Shown piece after piece: positions 1-9,306 of a stretch of DNA of 64,000 nt. Location of the stretch: positions 25,681-89,680 of the forward strand of contig JBDREN010000120.1 of NCBI GenBank assembly GCA_043819795.1, in the 5' to 3' direction. A model generated the notes under the pieces. The model saw only the letters and a list, made by a program, of their open reading frames with translations, searched no databases and was not told where the DNA came from. A program made the translations under genes and the position numbers. Source of the DNA: Elusimicrobiota bacterium. Its GTDB lineage: Bacteria > Elusimicrobiota > Elusimicrobia > UBA1565. Numbering within the stretch: position 1 is the first letter of the stretch; each line of letters begins with the position of its first letter.

Positions 1-1
1 C

Positions 2-3000
2 GGCGGCTCGGGGCTGGCCCCGGACGCCTGCCCGGCCGCGAGGACGGTCACCGGCCAAGGCGCGGACCAGGACGACACCGCCGGCGTGAGCGACCTGGCC
101 GGCAATACGGGGACGGTCGAGTATGCCGTCAGCCTCGACAAGGAATCCCCCTCCGTCCTGATCACGGCGCCGTCGGGCGGCCAGTATGTGGCCACGCGCG
201 ATCCCATCAGGATCGACTTCACTCTCACCGACAACCTCGACCCCGCCCCGGCGTTCACGGCCACGCTGGAGCTCCGCGCGGCGGGGACCGGGGCCCCGGG
301 CAAGCCGACCCGGCGCACGGTGGAGAACGGCGAGACGCTGGAGCCCCTGGACCTCGCGGCCGGCCTATGGCGCCTGACGGTGAGCGCGACCGACCAGGCG
401 GACAACCCCGCGCTCGCGATCGGCGCGGAGTTCGAGATCATCCACGATATCATGGAGCCTCGCACGACGGTGAGCGTGGCGGAGCCGAGGTATCCTGACG
501 CTACGGAGCCTGAGCCGGCGGTGATCTACCTGACGGGAACGACGGATGTGACGGCGAGCTCGATAGACGACCTTGTGGCGGTGGACGGTCTAGGGCTCGG
601 AGTGGCGACGCAGACGATCACGGTGGGCGGAAACCCGCGCTTCGAGTACGTGAACCCGGCGCCGGCGATCGGACAGACGTACGCCAACACGTTCACGCTG
701 AGCGACACCGACGGCCCGCTGGCGCTCTTGGCGGAGGCCGTGGACACCTTGGGCAACGCGGAAACGGGCGTTCCGGTGAGCCTGCACGTAGACAACACGG
801 CGCCCGTGATGGACCGCGGTTTCAGCGCGGAGCCGGTGGTGCGCGAGCCCAAGAACGAGGAGTGGTTCGCGGCGGACTTCGAGATCATCTGGTCGGCGGG
901 GGACGGGATGGGGTCGGGGGTGGCGCATCTCGACGGGCCGACGCCGGTGACGGCGGAGGCGGCGGGGGCGGATTACACGGGCCGGTCGGTGGACAACGTG
1001 GACAACGAGCGGACGCTGACGGTGCGCGTGAACCTGGACAAGACGGCGCCGGTGGTGAACGCGGGCGCGGACTCCACTGTTGAGGAGGGCGCGGAGCTGG
1101 TCTTCTCGGCGACGGTGACGGACAACCTGGACGCGGCGGTGGTGTACGGCTGGACGTTCGGCGACGGCGGGATCGCGGGCCGGGAGCTGACGCCTGCGCA
1201 CGCGTATCTGGACGAGGGGACCTACGAGGTCACGCTGACGGCGACCGACCACGCGGCGCACCCCGCCTCGGACTCGCTGACGGTAACGGTGACGAACTCC
1301 GCGCCGATCGTGACGGCCGGCCCGGACCGGAGCACGAAGGAAGGGTCGCTCGTGGGCATCAGCGCGACGTTCACGGACGCGGGCATCCTGGACACCCATG
1401 CGGCGGAGGTGGACTGGGGCGACGGGACGACGTCGCCGGCGAGCCTGACGGAGACGGACGGTTCGGGCAGCCTGAGCGCGGAGCACGTGTACGCCGACGA
1501 CCGTGTGTACGCGGTGAAGATCACGGTGACCGACGACGACGGTGACGCGGGGGAGGCGACGCTGGCGGTCGCGGTGGAGAACGTTCGGCCCACGATCGAG
1601 GCGGGCGCTGATCAGACCGTGGACGAGGGCGCGCCCATCAGCCTGGCGCCGTCGACGTTCCGCGACCAGGGCGCGTTGGACACGCATACCGCCACCATAG
1701 ATTGGGGCGACGACACGGGCGTGCAGGCGGCCGCCGTGACCCAATCGCCGTTCGGCCCGCCGGGCGACACGGCGGGCCAGGGCGGGACGATAGCCGCCTC
1801 GCATGTCTACGCGGACAACGACGCCTACACGGTGACTGTGTGCGTCAAAGACGACGATGATGCCGAGAAGTGCGACACCCTGACCGCGAGCGTGAATAAT
1901 GTGGCCCCGACCATGGAGGCGGTCACGGACAAGATCGCGGCGGCGGACGGGCGCCTGATCGTGGGCGGCGGGATCCCGGTGCGGAGCATGGATGTCTGGC
2001 GGCTTGGGCAGAGCGGCCTGCAGAGCGTCGTGATCGGACCGGACGAGCCTGTGGCCGCTCCGCCGATCGAGTTCCACGACCAAGGCACGCTGGACACGCA
2101 CGGCGTGCTGATCGAGTGGGGCGACACCACGTCCGACGCGGCGACAGTGACCGAGTCGCCGTTCGGACCTCCGGGCTCGACGGGAGGCGCGGACGGGTCC
2201 GCGGTGGCGCCGCATCAGTATACGGCGAACGGATACTATCCGCTCAAGGCGACGGTGACCGACGACGACGGCGGCCAGACGGACGACGGGTACCTGGTGA
2301 CGGTGGATGTGGAGCCGCCGGTTACGACGATCTCGCACAGCGGGAACGTGAGCATGGGGGCGGGGACCCCGGCGCAGGTTTCGGTGTTCCTGGACGCGGG
2401 CGCGATGAACGCGCTGAGCGCGACGGACCCCATGATCAACGGGATCGCCTTCGGCGCGCAGTGGACCTTCCGCAGAGACCTGTCGTTCGAGGGCTCGAAC
2501 TCGACGTACACGGTGCATGAGGTGGCGTTCAACCTGGCGGAGGAAGGGGTGCACACCCTCGAGTACTTCAGCGTGGATAGGCGGGGAAACGAGGAGACGC
2601 ACAAGCTCATCACGATCGGGGTGGACCATACGCCTCCCATCCCGGCGCTGGCGGTGGGCGATCCGCATTTCATCCGGTTCGGGCTGACCATCATCGAGCC
2701 GGAGACGCCGATCATCCTGTCGGCGGAGGACCCGGTGACTTCCGACGTCGCTTCGGGATTGGACCGGATCACGTACCGGATCGACGGCGGGGAGCTCCTG
2801 ACCTACGCGGAGCCGTTCACGCTGGATGAGGGGACGCACGTCATCGACTACGGCGCGGTGGACAAGGTCGAGAACGAGGCGCGCGAGACGTTCACGGTGG
2901 CGGTGGCGGCGTTCCAAGTGACGGGAGTGGAGCGGGTGGACGGGACCGGGAGCTCGGACATCAAGGGCTTGCTGCGGTCGAACGGCCTGGTGGACCTAGG

Positions 3001-3958
3001 CGGGTCGAGCCGCGTGGACGGGGACGTGATCGCGGGGAACGTGACGCTGAAGGGCAAGGCGGAGGTGACGGGCACGATCACGGAGGGCGCGTCGCCGGTG
3101 CAGGCCGAGCCGATCGACCTGGAGTTGGCGGAGAGCCTGGCCTTGGCGATCAGCGCGACGTCGACGATCCCCGATGAGTTCATGTCGGGCGGAGAGATCG
3201 TTGTGAACTCGGGGCGGACGCTGACGCTGGCGACGGGGACCTACGTGGTCGAGGGTCTGCGTATCGCCGGCGGCGGCTCGATCGAGACGGCCGGCGCGGT
3301 GAACATCCTGGTGCGGGGCGAGGTTCGGGTGACCGGAGGCGGGAGCTTGAACGCGGCGGGCCACGCCTCGGAGCTGGCGGTGTTCACGAACACGTCGCAG
3401 CCGACGCACTTCTCGGGCGGGGCGCTGGTGGTGGGGATATTCTACGGACCTCGGGGCGAGCTGCAGGTCGCGGGCAACACGCGAGTGGGCGGACATCTGT
3501 TCGCGAAGACCGCGAAGTTCTCCGGGACGGCGAACGTGGTGGGGATCGGGGAGAGCCTGCCAGAGGAGCTGGAGGATCCGAACGGCGGCAAGGGCGGCAA
3601 GACGGCCGGATCGGGGTCCGCCGCTCTCTCCGGGACGGCCGACCCGGGCTTCGCGTTGCGCGCGGCCTACGTGTTCCCGAACCCGGCGGTGGGCGGCGCG
3701 AGGCCGACCGTCCACATCGCGGTCGGGATCGCCGACAAGGTGACGCTGCGCATCTATAACGTCGCGGGCCAGCAGGCGCATCAGGTCACGCTGGAGGGGA
3801 CGCCTCCCGTTATCGACGACGGTAGCGGGTCGAAGTTCGCCTACGAATACACCTGGGACGGACACATCCCCAGCGGCGTCTATCTCTACACCTTCGTCGC
3901 GGAGAAGGCCGGAGAGTCCGGCATCCGGCGAGCGGGCAAGTTCGCCGTCATCCGCTGA
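2..3958 (+). CDS. Large exported Ig-like/PKD-repeat surface protein with a C-terminal T9SS-A/FlgD-like sorting-type domain (5' end lies outside the window)
   Basis: Frame is open from base 2. Repeated PKD motifs (WTFGDG, DWGDG...H.Y.D...Y.V..TVTDDDG). C-terminus AYVFPNP...LRIYNVAG...WDG..PSGVYLY...GKFAVIR. Confidence 0.8.
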   Translation, partial: GGSGLAPDACPAARTVTGQGADQDDTAGVSDLAGNTGTVEYAVSLDKESPSVLITAPSGGQYVATRDPIRIDFTLTDNLDPAPAFTATLELRAAGTGAPGKPTRRTVENGETLEPLDLAAGLWRLTVSATDQADNPALAIGAEFEIIHDIMEPRTTVSVAEPRYPDATEPEPAVIYLTGTTDVTASSIDDLVAVDGLGLGVATQTITVGGNPRFEYVNPAPAIGQTYANTFTLSDTDGPLALLAEAVDTLGNAETGVPVSLHVDNTAPVMDRGFSAEPVVREPKNEEWFAADFEIIWSAGDGMGSGVAHLDGPTPVTAEAAGADYTGRSVDNVDNERTLTVRVNLDKTAPVVNAGADSTVEEGAELVFSATVTDNLDAAVVYGWTFGDGGIAGRELTPAHAYLDEGTYEVTLTATDHAAHPASDSLTVTVTNSAPIVTAGPDRSTKEGSLVGISATFTDAGILDTHAAEVDWGDGTTSPASLTETDGSGSLSAEHVYADDRVYAVKITVTDDDGDAGEATLAVAVENVRPTIEAGADQTVDEGAPISLAPSTFRDQGALDTHTATIDWGDDTGVQAAAVTQSPFGPPGDTAGQGGTIAASHVYADNDAYTVTVCVKDDDDAEKCDTLTASVNNVAPTMEAVTDKIAAADGRLIVGGGIPVRSMDVWRLGQSGLQSVVIGPDEPVAAPPIEFHDQGTLDTHGVLIEWGDTTSDAATVTESPFGPPGSTGGADGSAVAPHQYTANGYYPLKATVTDDDGGQTDDGYLVTVDVEPPVTTISHSGNVSMGAGTPAQVSVFLDAGAMNALSATDPMINGIAFGAQWTFRRDLSFEGSNSTYTVHEVAFNLAEEGVHTLEYFSVDRRGNEETHKLITIGVDHTPPIPALAVGDPHFIRFGLTIIEPETPIILSAEDPVTSDVASGLDRITYRIDGGELLTYAEPFTLDEGTHVIDYGAVDKVENEARETFTVAVAAFQVTGVERVDGTGSSDIKGLLRSNGLVDLGGSSRVDGDVIAGNVTLKGKAEVTGTITEGASPVQAEPIDLELAESLALAISATSTIPDEFMSGGEIVVNSGRTLTLATGTYVVEGLRIAGGGSIETAGAVNILVRGEVRVTGGGSLNAAGHASELAVFTNTSQPTHFSGGALVVGIFYGPRGELQVAGNTRVGGHLFAKTAKFSGTANVVGIGESLPEELEDPNGGKGGKTAGSGSAALSGTADPGFALRAAYVFPNPAVGGARPTVHIAVGIADKVTLRIYNVAGQQAHQVTLEGTPPVIDDGSGSKFAYEYTWDGHIPSGVYLYTFVAEKAGESGIRRAGKFAVIR

Positions 3959-4070
3959 CGGCGCCTCGATCGACCTTCCTTCCGAATGACAAGACGATAG
4001 ACCCGTGTCCGGGCTCCGCTGGGGCCCTGTCCTTGACTTTCGGGAGGCTTTTGGGGCAGACTACCCGTGC

Positions 4071-5276
4071 GTGAACCGAACCACCGAGCATTTTCGGAGC
4101 GCGGGCGCTCCGGCGTCGGCCTTGGCCGCGCTGCTCCTTCTGGCGCCTCTCGTCGCGGGACAGCAAGCCCGAACGGACGAATCCCGGCCGAGGGCCCGCG
4201 ACCTGGGCATCATCATCGGGCGCTACCCGCCGGGCCGGCTCAACGCCATCACCGACGTGCGGGGCGTTCGCGTCGGCCATCTGACGCTGGTCTCCGGGGA
4301 AGGCAAGCTGCGGCCCGGCAAGGGCCCGGTCCGCACAGGCGTCACCGTGATCGTGCCCGCGGAAGGGGACTTCTGGAACCTGAAGGTCCAGGCCGGCAGC
4401 TTCGTGCTCAACGGCAACGGCTCGGCCACCGGCCTCATGTGGATTGGGGAGTCCGGGAACCTCGAGGTCCCCATCGCCCTCACAAACACCCTCAGCGTCA
4501 GCGACGTCCACCGCGGCGTCATCGACTGGATGCTGAATAAGTATCCCGCGGTGGGCGTCTCGGACGACACCGTGGTCCCGGTGGTCCTCGAGTGCGACGA
4601 CAGCACCCTCAACGACATCCGCGGCCGCCACGTCAAGCCGGAGCACGTGCTCCAGGCCCTGGAGAAGGCCTCATCGGGGCCGGTCCCGGAGGGCGCGGTC
4701 GGAGCCGGAACCGGAATGATGGCCTATGAGTTCAAGGGCGGCATCGGCACCGCCTCGCGCCTGCTGCCAAAGAAGGTCGGGAGCTATACCGTCGGCGTCC
4801 TCGTCAACGCCAACCACGGGGAAAGGCACACGCTCCGGGTGCTCGGGGTGCCCGTCGGCAAGGAGATCAAGGACCTCATGCCGGTCGAGCGCAAGGACGG
4901 CTCCATCATCCTCATCGCGGCGACCGACGCGCCCCTCACCGCGCGCCAGCTCAACCGCGTGGCCAAGCGCGTCATGCTGGGGCTGGCACGGACCGGGGCG
5001 GTCGCGCACCACGGAAGCGGGGACGTGGCCGTGGCCTTCTCGACGGCCAACCGCATCCCGCATTACCCCAAGGAGCCCCTCGTGGAGCTCAAGGTCCTCT
5101 CCGACGCGTGGCTCGATGACCTTTTCGAGGCCGCCGAGGACGCCGCCGAGGAGGCGGTCCTGAACGCCCTCCTGGCCGCCGACACCGTCGTGGGGCGGGA
5201 CGGCAATACGGCCTACGCGCTTCCCCACGACCGCCTCACGTCCCTGCTCCGCGAGCGCGGCGCGCTCGGGCGGTGA
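4071..5276 (+). CDS. DmpA/BapA-family (peptidase S58/P1) aminopeptidase with probable signal peptide
   Basis: NAITDVRGVRVGH, TGVTVI, EGAVGAGTGM, FKGGIGTASR, G|S autoprocessing site KDGSIILIAATDAPL, SGDVAVAFSTAN. Start placed at GTG 4071 (uncertain). Confidence 0.9.
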   Translation: MNRTTEHFRSAGAPASALAALLLLAPLVAGQQARTDESRPRARDLGIIIGRYPPGRLNAITDVRGVRVGHLTLVSGEGKLRPGKGPVRTGVTVIVPAEGDFWNLKVQAGSFVLNGNGSATGLMWIGESGNLEVPIALTNTLSVSDVHRGVIDWMLNKYPAVGVSDDTVVPVVLECDDSTLNDIRGRHVKPEHVLQALEKASSGPVPEGAVGAGTGMMAYEFKGGIGTASRLLPKKVGSYTVGVLVNANHGERHTLRVLGVPVGKEIKDLMPVERKDGSIILIAATDAPLTARQLNRVAKRVMLGLARTGAVAHHGSGDVAVAFSTANRIPHYPKEPLVELKVLSDAWLDDLFEAAEDAAEEAVLNALLAADTVVGRDGNTAYALPHDRLTSLLRERGALGR

Positions 5277-5277
5277 C

Positions 5278-6648
5278 ATGGCCTTCGTCGACCGCTTCTT
5301 CGCCGTCGCCGTAGACTACGCCTGGGGCTGGCCGCTCATCATCCTTCTGATCGGCGGCGGAGCCTACCTGACCTTCCTCTCGCGCTTCATGCCGTTCTTC
5401 GGCGCCCGCCACGCCGTTCAGATCATCCGAGGCAAATGGGACGACCCCAACGACCCCGGCGAGATCAACCACTTCCAGGCGCTCACCACGGCCCTCTCGG
5501 CCACCATCGGCGTCGGCAACATCGCGGGCGTGGCCATCGCCATCACCCAGGGCGGGCCCGGGGCCGTCTTCTGGATGTGGGTCGCCGCCGTCGTGGGGAT
5601 GGCCACGAAGTTCTTCGAGTGCACGCTCTCCATCATGTACCGCGAGGAGGACGAGACCGGCAACCCGCAAGGCGGGCCCATGTACTACATCGAGGCGGGG
5701 TTGGGCAGGCGCTTCCGGTTCATGGCGGTCCTGTTCTCGGTCTGCGGGCTCATCGGGTGCCTGTCTCTTTTCCAGGCCAACCAGCTCGCCAAGGTCCTCA
5801 GCGAGAACCACGCCGTCAATCCCTGGGTGACGGGCTTCGCCATGGCGGCGATCGTCGCGGTGGTGATCCTGGGGGGCATCCGCAGGATCGGGCGGTTCAC
5901 CGAGAAGCTGGTGCCCTTCATGTGCGCGCTCTACGTTCTCGCCTCCCTCTACATCCTGGCGACCCGGGCGGACATAATCCCCTCGATCCTGTATCGCATC
6001 GTCCACGACGCCTTCACCGGGACCGCCGCCGCCGGAGGAGCGGCCGGGATCGCGGTGCGCGAGGTCATCACGACCGGCGTCAAGCGCGCGGCCTTCTCCA
6101 ACGAGGCCGGCATCGGCACCGCGCCCATGGCGCACGGAGCCGCCAAGACCAAGGAGCCGGTGCGCGAGGGCCTGGTCGCGATGGTGGGGCCCTTCATCGA
6201 CACGGTCGTCATCTGCTCGATGACGGCCCTCATCATCCTTTCCACCGACCATTGGCAGCAGGGCGCGATCCGGGGGGTGGCGCTCACCACGCAGGTCTTC
6301 GAGTCGGCCCTGGGCGGCTTCGGGCGCCTGCTCATCACGATCTCGGTGGCGCTCTTCGCGATCTCGACCATGGTCGGCTACTCCTACTACGGGAAGAAGT
6401 GCTTCGCGTACCTTTTCGGGCAGCGCCGGGGGCCGCTCTACAACTACTTCTACATCGCGTCGCTCATCGTGGGGGCGGTCTGGTCCGTCGGGACCGTGGT
6501 CAACGTCCTGGACACCGCCTTCGCCCTGATGGCCTTCCCCAATATGATCGCGACGCTGCTTCTGGCCCCCCGCGTGATGCGGGCCGTGCGCGACTACTTC
6601 TCCCGCTACCAGGTGCTGCGGGGCCCATTCGCGGCCGGCGGGCGCTAG
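5278..6648 (+). CDS. Alanine/glycine:cation symporter (AGCS/AlsT family)
   Basis: FQAL.TALSATIG.GNI.GVAIAI..GGPGAVFWMW, GGPMYYI, FSNEAGIG, GPFIDT..ICSMTA, LMAFPN motifs. Confidence 0.95.
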   Translation: MAFVDRFFAVAVDYAWGWPLIILLIGGGAYLTFLSRFMPFFGARHAVQIIRGKWDDPNDPGEINHFQALTTALSATIGVGNIAGVAIAITQGGPGAVFWMWVAAVVGMATKFFECTLSIMYREEDETGNPQGGPMYYIEAGLGRRFRFMAVLFSVCGLIGCLSLFQANQLAKVLSENHAVNPWVTGFAMAAIVAVVILGGIRRIGRFTEKLVPFMCALYVLASLYILATRADIIPSILYRIVHDAFTGTAAAGGAAGIAVREVITTGVKRAAFSNEAGIGTAPMAHGAAKTKEPVREGLVAMVGPFIDTVVICSMTALIILSTDHWQQGAIRGVALTTQVFESALGGFGRLLITISVALFAISTMVGYSYYGKKCFAYLFGQRRGPLYNYFYIASLIVGAVWSVGTVVNVLDTAFALMAFPNMIATLLLAPRVMRAVRDYFSRYQVLRGPFAAGGR

Positions 6649-6706
6649 CCCGGAACCAGTCCGGAGGTATTGCGCGTCATCCTGCTTAAATCTATACTAG
6701 TCCTCC

Positions 6707-7174
6707 ATGCTGCTCGCAAGAGTCCGCAAATTGCCAGTCGGCACCAAGGAGATGCGCTGGCTCGGCCTCACCCTGAGATCGTCGGAGGTCTTCGGCCACC
6801 TGAGGGTGGGACAGGTCGAGGAGATCCTCAACGGATTCGTCCTGTACCGCTACCCGAGGGACTGCGTGGTCATCGAGCAGGGCGATAAGGATCAGGCCCT
6901 TTACGTGCTCTTCAAGGGCCGCGTGGTCGTCACCCGCAGACGCTGGGGACTGTTTTCGACGCCCATCCGGAGCCTCCTGCCAGGGGACGTCTTCGGGGAG
7001 ATGGCTCTGATCTACCGGGCGCCCCGCTTCGCCACGGTGACCACCACGGAGCCCTCCGATGTATTCATGCTCTCCGCGGCCGATTTCACGAAGATGCTGG
7101 ACAAAAGCCCGAAGTTCAAGGACTATCTGACGAAGAAGGCGGAACAAAGAAAAGTGGAGCTCGAAAAATGGTGA
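6707..7174 (+). CDS. Stand-alone cyclic-nucleotide-binding domain protein
   Basis: EQGD...LYVLFKGRV; phosphate-binding cassette GDVFGEMALIYRAPRFATV. Confidence 0.85.
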   Translation: MLLARVRKLPVGTKEMRWLGLTLRSSEVFGHLRVGQVEEILNGFVLYRYPRDCVVIEQGDKDQALYVLFKGRVVVTRRRWGLFSTPIRSLLPGDVFGEMALIYRAPRFATVTTTEPSDVFMLSAADFTKMLDKSPKFKDYLTKKAEQRKVELEKW

Positions 7175-7737
7175 AGGCGATAAGACCCGTCAGCGAGAAG
7201 AAGCCGGTCCATTTCACCTGGCTGGATTCGGGCGAGCGGTCCCACCGCAAGCCCAAGACCGCGACGAGGGGCAACGAGGTCCGCCTCGATGAGAAGGAGT
7301 ACCTCTGGCTCGAGAAGGGCATGCGCTCGCTGGGCTTGTTCGCCAAACTGAACCTGCGGAACCTGGCCACCCTTCTGCCCTACATGAGGCTCTTTTCCTT
7401 CCCCAAGGGAAGCGTCGTGTGCCGGGAGGGTGACCCGGGAGACAGCTTCTTCCTGATCTACCGGGGCGGGGTGGACGTGACCAAATCCACCGGCATCTTC
7501 AGCGGCTCCCCGATCCGCCTGGCGAGGCTGCAGTCGGGAGATTTCTTCGGCGAGCTCGCCCTCCTGCTGAACCAGCCGCGCTCGGCGACCTGCGTCGCGA
7601 CCAAGGAGTCGAGGATATTCGTCCTCAAGTACGACGACTTCCGCCGCATCCTGGAGAAGCATCCCGTGGTCTTGCGAAAGGTGCGCAAGGTGGGCGAGCA
7701 GCGGATGAGGCAGTTGACCAAGGCCTGGGCGCATTAA
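7168..7737 (+). CDS. Stand-alone cyclic-nucleotide-binding domain protein
   Basis: REGDPGDSFFLI..G.V; GDFFGELALLLNQPRSATC. Overlaps the upstream paralog by 7 nt. Confidence 0.85.
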   Translation: MVKAIRPVSEKKPVHFTWLDSGERSHRKPKTATRGNEVRLDEKEYLWLEKGMRSLGLFAKLNLRNLATLLPYMRLFSFPKGSVVCREGDPGDSFFLIYRGGVDVTKSTGIFSGSPIRLARLQSGDFFGELALLLNQPRSATCVATKESRIFVLKYDDFRRILEKHPVVLRKVRKVGEQRMRQLTKAWAH

Positions 7738-7783
7738 CCCGGATTCCTCACCTCGTCTCCTGTCCGATGGGCCCACTCGGGCC

Positions 7784-7952
7784 CTAGCAGTCCGTGGCAA
7801 AAGTCTTCCGGGGCCTGCAATCGCCTGGAAGCGGCCTGCGCCTGCGTTGCTCCTCGGTCACATCCCGTCGAGGGATGCTCCCTCGTCGCGCCTTGGCTCG
7901 ACTCGCTCCAGACGATTTCGCCATCCGAAATACTTTTGCCACGGACTGCTAG
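7784..7952. mobile_element. MITE-like element, family A, copy 1
   Basis: Terminal inverted repeat CTAGCAGTCCGTGGCAAAAGT ... ACTTTTGCCACGGACTGCTAG. Near-identical inverted copy at 38265-38432. Confidence 0.8.
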
Positions 7953-8026
7953 GCCCCCCGGGCCGTGATTTTGCTAAAATAAGCCCGGTACCGGTAGTCC
8001 CACGCGATTAACGAGGGAGAACCTAA

Positions 8027-9244
8027 ATGAGATATTTCTGGGTGGTGGCAGCGTGGTCGTTGTTGTTCGCGGCGCGGCCGGCGCAGGCGGGCGTGGCGCT
8101 CTCCGCGGCGGGGGTGCAAGACCGACTGATGATCGTATTCAAGCCCGGCGTGACGGAAACCCAGCAAAGGCAGATGGCCGCGGCCTACGGCCTAGAGGTC
8201 CTGAGGGTCTTCCGGCCGATGCGGGCCCTCGTAGTCCGGGCCAAGCCCAACCAGGCACGCATGATGACGATCCGTCTCGGCTACGAGCCCAGCGTCCTAC
8301 TCACCGGAAGGGATTTCTACACCAAGTGGATCGAGTCGTCTCCGGAGTCCCTGCAGGCGCGGCCCATGCCGACTTTGGGGTCGGTCATGGAGCGGCTTCC
8401 CGAGCTAAGCCCCGACCTGGGGAAGAAGCCCTCCGAGGTCCAGTGGGGCGTGCAGCGGGTCAACGCTCCCGCCGCCTGGGCCGCGAACCAGGGCAAGGGC
8501 GTGAAAGTGGCGATCGTGGACACGGGGATCGACCCGAGCCACCCCGAGTTCGCGGGCCGCATCATGGGAGGCTACAACGCCATCGACGAGGACTCTCCGT
8601 GGCATGACGACCACTTCCACGGCACGCACGTGGCCGGCATCGTGGCCGCCGCCCGCGACGGCCAGGGCGTGGTGGGAGTGGCTCCGGAGGCCCACCTCTA
8701 CGCGGTGAAGGTCCTGACCAAGGACGGCTCCGGGTCGCTCTTCGGCATCATGGGCGGCATCATGTGGTGCGTCGAGAACGGGATGCAGGTGGTCAATATG
8801 AGCCTCGGCGCCGCGCAGGGCCACCCCTTGTTCGAGCACGCCGTCAACGCCCTGGCCGACGCCGACATCCCCCTGATAGCGGCGGCCGGAAACGACGGCA
8901 AGGCCGTCAACTTCCCCGCCAAGTACGCGGCGGCGATCGCGATCTCGGCCCTCGACGAGAAGGACGGCATCGCGAAGTTCTCCAGCCGGGGGCCGGAGAT
9001 CGAGTTCATCGCCCCTGGAGTGAAGGTCCCCTCCACCATCACGGGAGGCGGGATCAAGGCCTACTCCGGGACCTCGATGGCGACGCCGCACGTCACGGGT
9101 CTCGCGGCCCTAGCCATCGCCGCCGGCGCCCAAGGGCAGGCGGGGGTGCGCCAGGCGCTCAGCTCGGCGGCCGTGAAGATCGAGGGGCTAAGCCCCACGG
9201 AGCAGGGCTCCGGAGTGACCGACGCGGGGCAACTGGTCCGCTAA
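8027..9244 (+). CDS. Exported subtilisin-family (S8) serine protease with propeptide
   Basis: Signal peptide (AQA|G). Catalytic triad motifs VAIVDTGID, HGTHVAGIVAA, SGTSMATPHV; oxyanion motif AAAGN. Confidence 0.95.
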   Translation: MRYFWVVAAWSLLFAARPAQAGVALSAAGVQDRLMIVFKPGVTETQQRQMAAAYGLEVLRVFRPMRALVVRAKPNQARMMTIRLGYEPSVLLTGRDFYTKWIESSPESLQARPMPTLGSVMERLPELSPDLGKKPSEVQWGVQRVNAPAAWAANQGKGVKVAIVDTGIDPSHPEFAGRIMGGYNAIDEDSPWHDDHFHGTHVAGIVAAARDGQGVVGVAPEAHLYAVKVLTKDGSGSLFGIMGGIMWCVENGMQVVNMSLGAAQGHPLFEHAVNALADADIPLIAAAGNDGKAVNFPAKYAAAIAISALDEKDGIAKFSSRGPEIEFIAPGVKVPSTITGGGIKAYSGTSMATPHVTGLAALAIAAGAQGQAGVRQALSSAAVKIEGLSPTEQGSGVTDAGQLVR

Positions 9245-9255
9245 ACGTTATCTGA

Positions 9256-9297
9256 AAGAAAAGACCCGCCGTCCTCCGGGACGGCGGGTCTTTTCTT
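9256..9297. terminator. Bidirectional intrinsic terminator
   Basis: AAGAAAAGACCCGCCGTCC-loop-GGACGGCGGGTCTTTTCTT between convergent genes. Confidence 0.8.
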
Positions 9298-9306
9298 CCC
9301 CCCTCG

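Noticed and set aside
590..2917. Long antisense/overlapping ORFs (e.g. 590-2917, 35017-37086, 47694-49646, 57065-58777)
   Set aside because: These are typical high-GC shadow ORFs on top of well-supported genes, with biased composition and no motifs.
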